From contig OZ241362.1 in NCBI GenBank assembly GCA_965200315.1, positions 4,896,001 through 4,960,000 on the forward strand: a DNA stretch of 64,000 nt, given 5' to 3'. Positions 49,089 through 57,955 of this stretch are shown here, piece by piece (positions within the stretch are counted from its first letter, which is position 1; each line of letters begins with the position of its first letter). The translations under genes were made by a program, and so were the position numbers. Below the pieces are notes generated by a model. It saw only the letters and a list, made by a program, of their open reading frames with translations, was not told the DNA's origin and made no database searches. Source of the DNA: Candidatus Latescibacterota bacterium (lineage in GTDB: Bacteria > Latescibacterota > UBA2968 > UBA8231).

Positions 49089-51422
49089 TTAGTACGCCAC
49101 GGCGATGGTGCGCAGCGCCGTATCGTCGCCAGCGTCAGCGCCTAAGTTGATGTGGCAGAGGTAGGTGCCGGGCGGCACGAGGTCGTCTTGAGTGGTGAGT
49201 CCGTTCCAAGTAAAGACGTGAGCCACGCCGTCGATGGTGGGAGGAGCTAGCTGGGCGATGGGCCGTCCGGCGAGGTCGAAAATGCGCACTCGGGGTGTGC
49301 GTTGCCTGACCTTGAAGGCGACGAAGCGGATAACCACTGAGTCGTTGATGCCGTCGCCGTTGGGGGAGAGCACTGGCGGGGAAATCGAGAGGTCGTCGAT
49401 GAGTTGGGTCGTGCCGGTCAGGTCGGGCAGCATGACGATATTGGCGCGGCGCGTGATGGGTTCGACCGATTGCCACAAGTCTGGATGGCTGCTCGAACCT
49501 AGGTCGAGACTGAAGAGCGTGGCGTTGTGTAACACGCGGGTGGTGAAGCTGACTTGGACGGAGTCGGCGCTGATTGCGCGGGGCAGGCCGATTTGTAGGG
49601 TATCGGCGCTGATGTCGATGGAAGATGGCTCGACCTGAGTGCTGCCCACGCGGACTTCGACCGCGGAGGCCTCCGAGGGTAGGTCAAAGCGCAGCAGGTC
49701 GAAACCCGCGTCCGCGGCATCGGCGGCGGAGACTAGGGTGTACGTGAAGCGGGTGTCCTCGTTGGGCTGGGCGACTTTTGGGGTGATCAGGCCGCGTGCG
49801 CCCTGCAACAGCGCGTCCTCGTACTCAAGCGATAGTGCGTCAATCGCCGGGGCCACCTGTGGATCGTCGGTTGAGAGGATCAATTCCAACTGCGCGAAGC
49901 GGCGCGGACTTTGCGACTTAAATGCCTCGCCGGAAAAGGTGTACGCCTCGCTCCATCCATCCCAGTCTTCGCTGACCACGACGGTGGTGTCGATTTTTCC
50001 CCGCAGCACTTTGGGCAGGCTGATCCATTGCTCCTCGGTAATCGGCTCGCCGATCTTGTCGTGAAAGGCATAGACTTCGCCTTGGGTATTGCCCGAGCGC
50101 GAGCGCACTTGCAGGTGCGAACCGGGCGGGATGTCGGCGTCCCAAGAGAGACGGCTGATGACTTTGGGCCGCCCGTCGCCAGCGGCCGCGCCGAGATCGA
50201 TAAAGTCCGAGCGCATGATCACTTCGGCGGGATGGCCCGGCGAAAACAGCATCAGTTCGGTCCAGCGCGAGCCCCAGCCTTGGGGGGTGTGGGCGTGCCA
50301 AAACATGTAGCGGACTCTGCGCGGTTGGAACAAATAGCGCAGATAACGCATGGGGTTGAGGTCGGGTTGGTTGATGAGGGCGGCGAAGTCGAAGGATTCG
50401 GGGATGGGGAGTTGAGAGCTGATGACGCGGGTGCCGTCTGAGTGGAGAAAGGTAAAGCCGCGCGGAGGGCTGGCCACGGAACCGACCGTGCCTTCGCGCG
50501 GCCGGAGCGCGTACAGGAAAAGCTCGTCGATCCAGAATACGGCTCCTAGGTCGATGAAAAACCAAGTGCCCTGATCCTCCCAAGTGCGGACGCGGCCCTC
50601 AAAGCCCACGGGCAAAATGGAACTGGCAGTGTTCATGTCGCCGTCGAGGATGTTTTCGGTGGAGCGGGCGGTGAGTCCGTCGATGATGCTGCCGCGGCGG
50701 TCGTTGCCCAAGCTGACGTTGTCGCCGACAGCCATGACTTCGATCTCGGCTAGCGCGCCTTCAGGATCAAAGTCTTCAACGGTGAAATTGATGTACTGGA
50801 TGAGGCGGTACTGGTTGAATTTTTCTAGATCGACGGCGCGGCCGGAGTCGAGGACTTGGGCGCTGTCTTGGAGGTCAAAGGCGAGGGGGAACGAGAGCGT
50901 GGTGTCCCGGTTGGGTCGGGTCGTGAGATAGACCGGGCGAAAGATAAAGAGGTCGTCGAGGGCGTCGGAAGTGATGCCGGTGGCGGTGAAGACTGTGAAC
51001 TGGCGGAAGGGACGAGCGCCTTCTTGGTCGGGAAAGTGCAGGCGGATCTCTTTGGCCAGCACGGCGCGACCGAGGTCAATCTGCACGAACCAGTCGCCGA
51101 GCGCGTCGTCGGGAGAGGCCTGCCAGAAGGTCTCGCGGTCGCCGTCGATGATTCGCCTAGCCGCGGTCGGGTTGCTGCCGGCTTCCCAGATTCCGCCGCG
51201 CACGTTGGCACCGCGCGAGCGGGTGCGGTGGGTAAAGTGGGGCGCGTCGGCTACGGCGTTGATGTCCTTGCGGAATTTGACTAGTCGCAACCGACCGCCA
51301 TCGTCGAACTCGATCAGGCCGTAGGGCCGCTTCCAAGTGGACCAGCTAGCGGCGCTGTCGAAGCGGAATTCCGCGGCCGCGAGAGCCGTTGCCGAACAAA
51401 GGACTGAAAGCAGCAGGCGCAT
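49089..51422 (-). CDS. secreted type-B paralog 2
   Basis: Same motifs as B1/B3: KFRKDINA, FPDQEGARPFRQF, GDGRPKVI, RSRSGN, GADAGDDTALRTIAVAY. Confidence 0.85.
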   Translation of the reverse strand: MRLLLSVLCSATALAAAEFRFDSAASWSTWKRPYGLIEFDDGGRLRLVKFRKDINAVADAPHFTHRTRSRGANVRGGIWEAGSNPTAARRIIDGDRETFWQASPDDALGDWFVQIDLGRAVLAKEIRLHFPDQEGARPFRQFTVFTATGITSDALDDLFIFRPVYLTTRPNRDTTLSFPLAFDLQDSAQVLDSGRAVDLEKFNQYRLIQYINFTVEDFDPEGALAEIEVMAVGDNVSLGNDRRGSIIDGLTARSTENILDGDMNTASSILPVGFEGRVRTWEDQGTWFFIDLGAVFWIDELFLYALRPREGTVGSVASPPRGFTFLHSDGTRVISSQLPIPESFDFAALINQPDLNPMRYLRYLFQPRRVRYMFWHAHTPQGWGSRWTELMLFSPGHPAEVIMRSDFIDLGAAAGDGRPKVISRLSWDADIPPGSHLQVRSRSGNTQGEVYAFHDKIGEPITEEQWISLPKVLRGKIDTTVVVSEDWDGWSEAYTFSGEAFKSQSPRRFAQLELILSTDDPQVAPAIDALSLEYEDALLQGARGLITPKVAQPNEDTRFTYTLVSAADAADAGFDLLRFDLPSEASAVEVRVGSTQVEPSSIDISADTLQIGLPRAISADSVQVSFTTRVLHNATLFSLDLGSSSHPDLWQSVEPITRRANIVMLPDLTGTTQLIDDLSISPPVLSPNGDGINDSVVIRFVAFKVRQRTPRVRIFDLAGRPIAQLAPPTIDGVAHVFTWNGLTTQDDLVPPGTYLCHINLGADAGDDTALRTIAVAY

Positions 51423-51428
51423 CAGACG

Positions 51429-53438
51429 TTAGTACGCAACGCTGAGGGCCAATAGTTGCTTGGCTTGGACGGATTGGGTGTGCAGCGCGAGGGAGAGCAG
51501 GTAGAGGCCCGGTGGAAGAAGCTGGCCGGTCTCGTCGCGGCCATCCCAAGTGATCACTTGAGGGCCGGAGTCTTGCAGGCCCTTGTCGAGGCGGGCGATG
51601 CGGCGGCCATCCAAGGCGTACACTTCGAGTGCTAAGGGCACCGCGCCGGGAAGGCGAAAGAGCGAATAACGCATCTGGAGTTGGTCGTGGACGCCGTCGC
51701 GATTGGGGGTCAGCACCGGGGTAGACAAAGCGAGCGATTGGATAAAGCCGGGCGTTGCGTCGTCTGCACCCAACACCCGCAGGCTGTTGGTGGAAACTGC
51801 CGCGCCGGCGTCGCCGGCCAAAATCGGCTGGGGGAGCGATTGGCTGTCAGCGGCAAAAATTTCGCCGGTGAAGGTGGAGGCGAATTCAAAAACGGCAGTG
51901 GCGAAGGTCACGCGGATCGGCGCGTTGTTGGTGCTGGTGACGCGCTGGGGCAATTGGATCGTCAGCCCGTCGTCTTCGGTTATTGCGACGGGGTTGACGG
52001 GAGCGAGCGGAGTGCCCATTTCGAGGCTGCCGAAGGCCGTGCGGCTGCCGGTGTGAATCCTGAGCGCGTCGAAGCCGGGCGCGCTGGCGTCGTCGAATGC
52101 GGCCCGCACCTGATAGACAAATTCGGTCTCTTGGCCCAAGGCCACTTCGGTAAAGCCGCGCTTGGGTTGCGGGTCGTCGCGCCGCGCCACTTCGGCCAAG
52201 ACCTCGGCGGCCAAGAGCGGCGCGGTCTCAAGCCACAGCGAATCAATCCGCATCCAAGCGTCGAAGTCGCGGCTTTCTAAGGAGAGGTCCACCTGTAAAT
52301 GCGAGCCGCTTCTGAGCCGGACGGTTCGACCCGACTCGGTAAAAGGCTCCGACCAGAAGGACCAGTTGGCTGAATCGTAGCCAATAGAGGCGCGAATGCC
52401 GGGTCGTGGGTCGCGGTTGAGCTGGGCGGTGAGCGCCTCGTAGTGCTCGCGTGCGACCTCCTTTTCGCGGCCGATGTTGGTGTATTCGTGGTACGTCGCC
52501 GGGCTGTCGTCGCGGCCGACGCGGACCCTCGCCTTGAGCCAGACGGGGGCGTCGGGATCTGCGACGACTGCGCCATCGACCAAGCGCAGCGGCGTACCTG
52601 CCCAGTGCAGGCGACCAAAATTTACGACTTGGCCGAGACCGACGACTTGGCTGAGGTACACGACGCGCTGGGGTATGCCTTGGCCGAAAATTTCGAATCC
52701 CCCGATTGAGCCTTTGAGCGCGATGGCTTGGTTGCCTTGGCCGCCGCAGTCGCGGCAGATGTTGAGGGCTTCCTCGTCGGCCAGCGACGTCTGCCGGCGC
52801 CAGCGAAAGAAGCGCACGTATTGGCGCGGGAAGTCGATGCGGACGACGGGGTCGAAGTTGGTCCCCACGTTGGCGATGACTTGCGTGAACAGCTCTCTAC
52901 CGCCCGAGTTGACCGCGGGTTCTGAGTCCGAACCGACGGAGACGTCGAAGGCCGGCGTGGTGTCGAACGGCAGCGGCGTACCATCGGAGCGAAAACCCTG
53001 CGAGGGCGTGAAAAAGCCGAAGCCCACACCGGGGATCGGCACGGCCGTGTCAAGCGAAAAGAAGGTGCTGGCTATCGATTGGCTCCTAGGAGCGTTGTAG
53101 GTGGTGGAATCGCGATCGACTAAGAAGACGCCGCTCTGGGTAGGATCGCCGCCGACGCCGTTCCAGCGGTTCCAAAAGCGCGGCTTTTGGCCATCGACGT
53201 AGCCGAGGTTGTGCAGGGAGGGCTCGCGCCAGAATTGCCAGTTGTCGAGTAGGTGAATGACGTTTTGCTGCGGCTGCAAGTAGCGCGGCTGGATCGCACC
53301 GTCGGCAAAATCGACGAGGACGTGGAGGGAGTCGCGCTGGTCCCACGCCGCCCCACTGCCGCCGAGTTGCCACTTTTCTACTTGCGCGTAGCTAGGGGAG
53401 ATCGCGAGGCCTAGAATCAAAGGCCAAGCTCTGCACAT
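51429..53438 (-). CDS. secreted type-A paralog 2
   Basis: WQLGGSG, GFRSDGTPL, VNFGRLHW, WSFWS, STNSLRVL, LSVAY; GGAGG RBS. Confidence 0.85.
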   Translation of the reverse strand: MCRAWPLILGLAISPSYAQVEKWQLGGSGAAWDQRDSLHVLVDFADGAIQPRYLQPQQNVIHLLDNWQFWREPSLHNLGYVDGQKPRFWNRWNGVGGDPTQSGVFLVDRDSTTYNAPRSQSIASTFFSLDTAVPIPGVGFGFFTPSQGFRSDGTPLPFDTTPAFDVSVGSDSEPAVNSGGRELFTQVIANVGTNFDPVVRIDFPRQYVRFFRWRRQTSLADEEALNICRDCGGQGNQAIALKGSIGGFEIFGQGIPQRVVYLSQVVGLGQVVNFGRLHWAGTPLRLVDGAVVADPDAPVWLKARVRVGRDDSPATYHEYTNIGREKEVAREHYEALTAQLNRDPRPGIRASIGYDSANWSFWSEPFTESGRTVRLRSGSHLQVDLSLESRDFDAWMRIDSLWLETAPLLAAEVLAEVARRDDPQPKRGFTEVALGQETEFVYQVRAAFDDASAPGFDALRIHTGSRTAFGSLEMGTPLAPVNPVAITEDDGLTIQLPQRVTSTNNAPIRVTFATAVFEFASTFTGEIFAADSQSLPQPILAGDAGAAVSTNSLRVLGADDATPGFIQSLALSTPVLTPNRDGVHDQLQMRYSLFRLPGAVPLALEVYALDGRRIARLDKGLQDSGPQVITWDGRDETGQLLPPGLYLLSLALHTQSVQAKQLLALSVAY

Positions 53439-53524
53439 CGAGCACCGTACCTCCGCTGAGGTGAATAATATGTGGGAAGATAAGGCAAAAAGAGCTATGC
53501 GCCGAATTAATGGGATAGGACTTC

Positions 53525-55870
53525 CTAATAGGCGACGGAGATCGTGCGTAGGGCCGTATCGTCACCGGCGTCGGCACCCAGATTGACGCGCAGGACGTAG
53601 ATGCCAGGCTCTACGACTGCGCCACTGGCTTGGGTGCCGTCCCAAGCGAAGAGGTGGTGCAAGCCCTCGGCGACTGGCGTGAGAACCGCTACTTTGCGCC
53701 CGGCGAGGTTGAATACTTCCACTCGGGGCTCGCGGCCTTCGACTTTAAGGACGATGAACCGCACCTCTAGCTGATCGTTGATGCCGTCGCCGTTGGGCGT
53801 GAGTGTCGGCGAGGAAATGAAGAAGTCGTCGATAAGCTGGCTGCTACGGGTCAGTTCGGGCAGCATGACGATATTGGCCCGGCGTGTTGCCGGTTCGACC
53901 GACTGCCAGAGGCCCGGATGCGCGCTGGAGCCTAAGTCCAACGCAAAGAGCGTGGCATTGCGCACTAAGCGGGTGGTAAAGTGGACGCGGACCGAATCGT
54001 CTCTGACTGGTTCGGGTAAAGCGATGAGCAGGGAGTCGCCGCGCCGGGAAGCTGCTGCCGAGACGGTTTCTACGCCCTTTTCCACGCTCACGCTAGGCAG
54101 GTTAATCGGCCCCGGTAGGTCGAAGCGCATGAGGTCGAAGCCGACGTCATCGGGGCCGGCGCTGGGCAGCAGAGTATAGGTGAAGGCCGTCTCCTCATTG
54201 GGAGGAGCACTGCGCGGCTCGACGCGCCCGTGGGCACTCAGGAGTAGCGCCGCGTCGAATTCGATCGACAGGGTGTTGACTGTGGGCGCGACCTCGGGGT
54301 CGTCGGTGGCGAGAATCAACTCCAGTTGTACAAAGCGCCGCGGACTTTGCGATTTAAAGGTTTCACCGGAAAATTGGTACACATTGCTCCACGCATCCCA
54401 GTCCTCGCCGACCACTAGCGTGGAGTCAACCGGGCCGCGCAGCACTTTGGGCGAGCTATTCCATTTTTCTTCGGTGATTTCCTCGCCGATTTTGTTGTGG
54501 AAGGTATAGATCGGTGCCAGCGCGTTGCCCGAACGCGAGCGCAGTTGCATTCTGGCTGCTGGAGGCAGGTCGGCGTCCCAGTGCAGGGCCTTGATGACTT
54601 TGGGCCGCTCGTCGCCGGCTTCGGCACCGAGGTCGATGAAGCCCGAAGTAAGCACAACTTGGGCGGGATGACCTAACGAGAACAGCATAAATTCGGCCCA
54701 TTTGGATTCGAGCCAGCCTTGGTCGGACAGGCCGTGCCAGAACAGATAACGCATCTGGCGCGGGCGGAATTTGTAGCGGATGCGGTAGAGGTCTGCGGCT
54801 GCGGGATTGTCGTGGGTGAGCAGTTCGCTGTAGTCGAGTGGCGCGGGTACGGGCAGAGAAGTGCCCACGCTGCGGCTGCCGTCGGAGAACAGGATGCGGT
54901 GCCCTGAGCCAGCACTGCCGCGATGACTGCCGGTGGTGCCCTCAAAGCGGCGCAAGACGTAGATAAACAGCTCATCGACGAAGAACACGGCCCCCATATC
55001 GACGTAAAACCAAGTGCCGGCCCCCTCCCACCCTTGGTCGCCGCGGCCCGAGGTGATGAGGTTGTTGGTGTTGATATCGGCGTCGAAGAGATTGGCGGGT
55101 GCGGCGGCGACCGTGCCGTTGAGGAAGCTGCCGCGCTCGGCGGCGCCGATGCTGATGTTGTCGCCCACAGTGAGTATTTCGACTTCGGCGAGCGCGGCAG
55201 CTAGGCTCTGGTCTTCGACGACGATACTGATGTACTGAATTACTTGATAGCGGTTTTCAAAGGTTCGATCAATGGCCATATCTGGATCAACCGTCAGGAC
55301 GGTATCGGTGGCCGGATACTCGAGGGGAATGGTCAGGGAAGTGGCGCGGTTGGGCTGGGTGGTGCGATAGACTGGCTCGTATTTGAAAACGTCGGCCGTA
55401 GCTTGGATGCGCGCCCCGGTGGTGCCATAAACGGTGAACTGCCGCAGCGGGTGCGCACCTTGTTGGTCGGGGAAGGTCAGGCGAATGTGGCGGGCGAGTA
55501 CAGCGCGTCCCAAGTCTATATCGAGGAACCAATTTTTGAGCTCGTCGTTCGGGTCGGGTTGCCAGAAGGTCGCGGGATCGCCATCGATGGCGTTTGCGGC
55601 TGTCGTGCGCCCGCTGCCGGCCTGCCAAATTCCGCCTGCCACTTCGCCGCGTTCTTGGGTGGAATGGGTGAAGAGATGGGCGTCGCGGATGGCATCCACT
55701 TCCTTGCGGTATTTGGTCAGGCGCAGCACACCTTCTGCATCCACCTGGACCAGCCCGGCAGGCATGGTCCAGCTTTGCCATTTTTCTGCGCTGTCGAAAC
55801 TCAGCATTTCGGCCCAGCCGGCAACAGCCGGCACAGCGAGCCAAGCTATAAGGGCAACGAGAAAGCGCAT
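53525..55870 (-). CDS. secreted type-B paralog 1
   Basis: Signal peptide MRFLVALIAWLAVPAVA; B-family motifs; ends ISVAY. Confidence 0.85.
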   Translation of the reverse strand: MRFLVALIAWLAVPAVAGWAEMLSFDSAEKWQSWTMPAGLVQVDAEGVLRLTKYRKEVDAIRDAHLFTHSTQERGEVAGGIWQAGSGRTTAANAIDGDPATFWQPDPNDELKNWFLDIDLGRAVLARHIRLTFPDQQGAHPLRQFTVYGTTGARIQATADVFKYEPVYRTTQPNRATSLTIPLEYPATDTVLTVDPDMAIDRTFENRYQVIQYISIVVEDQSLAAALAEVEILTVGDNISIGAAERGSFLNGTVAAAPANLFDADINTNNLITSGRGDQGWEGAGTWFYVDMGAVFFVDELFIYVLRRFEGTTGSHRGSAGSGHRILFSDGSRSVGTSLPVPAPLDYSELLTHDNPAAADLYRIRYKFRPRQMRYLFWHGLSDQGWLESKWAEFMLFSLGHPAQVVLTSGFIDLGAEAGDERPKVIKALHWDADLPPAARMQLRSRSGNALAPIYTFHNKIGEEITEEKWNSSPKVLRGPVDSTLVVGEDWDAWSNVYQFSGETFKSQSPRRFVQLELILATDDPEVAPTVNTLSIEFDAALLLSAHGRVEPRSAPPNEETAFTYTLLPSAGPDDVGFDLMRFDLPGPINLPSVSVEKGVETVSAAASRRGDSLLIALPEPVRDDSVRVHFTTRLVRNATLFALDLGSSAHPGLWQSVEPATRRANIVMLPELTRSSQLIDDFFISSPTLTPNGDGINDQLEVRFIVLKVEGREPRVEVFNLAGRKVAVLTPVAEGLHHLFAWDGTQASGAVVEPGIYVLRVNLGADAGDDTALRTISVAY

Positions 55871-55871
55871 T

Positions 55872-57884
55872 TTAGTAGGCGATGCCCAGCGGATGCAGCA
55901 GGCGTTCACTGATGCCTTCGGATTGCAGCGCTACTTCGAGCAGGTAGAGGCCGGGCTGTAGGAGTTGCCCCTGCGCGTCGCGTCCATCCCAGCGAAGGTG
56001 CTGCGGTCCAGCAGCCTGCGGCGCAAACGACAGGCGTGCGACTTGCCGGCCATCGAGAGAATAGGCCCGCAGTTCGACGGGTACGCTAGCAGGCAGGCGG
56101 AAGAGGGAATAAGATACCTGCACTAGGTCGTTTACCCGGTCGCCGTTGGGAGTCAAAACTGGCGTTGAAAAGCGCAGGTTCTGGATGGCGTTGACAGGAC
56201 CGCCTTTTGCACTCAGAACGCGCAGGCTGTTGGTCGATACGGCGGGTGTGGCATCGCCGCCGCGGATGGGTTGGGGTAGGCTTTGGGTTGCGGTGTCGAT
56301 GGCCTCGCCTTCAAAGGTCGTGGCGAAGACGAAGACATCGGCCATGAACTCGATGCGGATGGGCGCGTTGTTGGCGGCGTGGACCCGCTCGGGCAGTTCG
56401 ATGAAGAACTCGTCGTCGTTGATCTCGACCCGGCGGGGCTCGACGGACACCAATGGATCGCCCATTGCCAACGTTGGAAGGTGGACTCGGCTGCCGGTGC
56501 GGATGCGCAGCGCGTCGAAGCCTAGCTCTGAGGCGGCGAAGTCGGCGCGAATATCGTAGCTGAAGCCAGTCGCCTGCCCTAGGGCCACTTCGGTGAAACC
56601 GCTCGGTTGCGGGTCGTCGAGGCGGGCGACTTCGCCAATGATCTGACTGGCGAGAAGCGGTGCTTGCTCGATCCACAGCGAATCTAGGCGCGTAAAGGCG
56701 TCGAAATCCGCGCTGTCGAGGGTAATTTTGACTTGGATATGGGAGCCGCTGTGGAGGTTGAATGGCTGGCCAGACGCGGTGAAGGCGGGCGACCAGAAGG
56801 TCCAGTGGTCCTCGTCATAGGCTATTGACGCGCGGACTCCAGGCCGCTCGCCGGCGACGTAGCCGTAGCCCTGCGACTCCTTGAGTTCAAACTCGTACCG
56901 CTGGCGCGAGACTTCAACCTCGCGGCCCTTGTCGTCAAATTCGCGGTACACGTTGGGGTCTTGGTCTCTACCGGTGCGCACCTCGACGCGCAACCCGACA
57001 GCCGCGGCCGGATCCGGGACCAAGGTGCTGTCCACCATTCGCATGGAGGTCGCCGACCAGAACAGCCGGCCAAAGTTCACTTCCGAGCCCAGATCGATGA
57101 TTTTGGATAGATATAGTACGCGTTGCGGGATTCCGCGGGCGTAGAGTTCAAAGTCGCCGATGGTGCCTGGCCGCGCTTGACCCGACAGCGAATTCTTTTG
57201 GATGACCAAGGTCGGATCGAGTACCGACTCGTTGCGACGCCAGCGGATGAAGCGGACATATTGGCGCGGCATGTCGATTTGCACGGTGGGGGACAGATTT
57301 TCGGCGACATTGGCGATAAGCGGGCCAATGGGCGCGTAGGCGTTGTGCCCATGCCATTCGGGATCGGCTTCGGTGGCAACGCTCACTTCAAAGGCGGGCA
57401 CCGCATCTTCGGCCAGTGGAGTACCATCCGAGCGGAACCCACGCGGTGGCGTGAAAAAGCCGAAGCGGGTGGCCGGGACGGGCACCGCCACGTCAAAAGT
57501 AAACCAGTCGAAGTTCCGCAGGTCCGAGGACGGGGGGTTGTAGGTGGTGCTGTCGCCGTCAACTAGATACGTGGCATTGTGTACGGGTCGCGAGTCGCCC
57601 AAGCCCAGCTTCCAAGCGCGGGGCCGCTGGCCATCGACATAGCCGAGTTCGCGGGGGAATTTCCACGGAGACCAGTTGTCGAGGTGCGAAAAAACGGTTT
57701 GGGCCGAGGTCAGGTAGATGGGCTGGATGGCCCCGGGGACGGAATCGAAGTCGATGAAGATGCGTACCGAATCGCTCGCCGACCATGCAAGGCCACCGCT
57801 GCCGCCGAGCTGCCAAGTGCTTATTTGCGCCGACAGAACACTGGGCAGGAGAAGCGGAAAGAGGGTGGCAAAGATGCGGTGCAT
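55872..57884 (-). CDS. secreted type-A paralog 1
   Basis: Signal peptide; A-family motifs; TPNGDRVND; ends LGIAY. Confidence 0.85.
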   Translation of the reverse strand: MHRIFATLFPLLLPSVLSAQISTWQLGGSGGLAWSASDSVRIFIDFDSVPGAIQPIYLTSAQTVFSHLDNWSPWKFPRELGYVDGQRPRAWKLGLGDSRPVHNATYLVDGDSTTYNPPSSDLRNFDWFTFDVAVPVPATRFGFFTPPRGFRSDGTPLAEDAVPAFEVSVATEADPEWHGHNAYAPIGPLIANVAENLSPTVQIDMPRQYVRFIRWRRNESVLDPTLVIQKNSLSGQARPGTIGDFELYARGIPQRVLYLSKIIDLGSEVNFGRLFWSATSMRMVDSTLVPDPAAAVGLRVEVRTGRDQDPNVYREFDDKGREVEVSRQRYEFELKESQGYGYVAGERPGVRASIAYDEDHWTFWSPAFTASGQPFNLHSGSHIQVKITLDSADFDAFTRLDSLWIEQAPLLASQIIGEVARLDDPQPSGFTEVALGQATGFSYDIRADFAASELGFDALRIRTGSRVHLPTLAMGDPLVSVEPRRVEINDDEFFIELPERVHAANNAPIRIEFMADVFVFATTFEGEAIDTATQSLPQPIRGGDATPAVSTNSLRVLSAKGGPVNAIQNLRFSTPVLTPNGDRVNDLVQVSYSLFRLPASVPVELRAYSLDGRQVARLSFAPQAAGPQHLRWDGRDAQGQLLQPGLYLLEVALQSEGISERLLHPLGIAY

Positions 57885-57955
57885 GGGCAGGACTCGCGGG
57901 AGACAGGCGGCCTATAAAAGTTAAATACGCAAAATCGGTCGCTTGGACAAGTGGC

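Noticed and set aside
44613-57884. CRISPR array or diversity-generating retroelement as the source of repeats
   Set aside because: The repeats are protein-coding paralogy; I saw no spacer-repeat periodicity, reverse transcriptase or adenine-specific TR/VR pair in the window.
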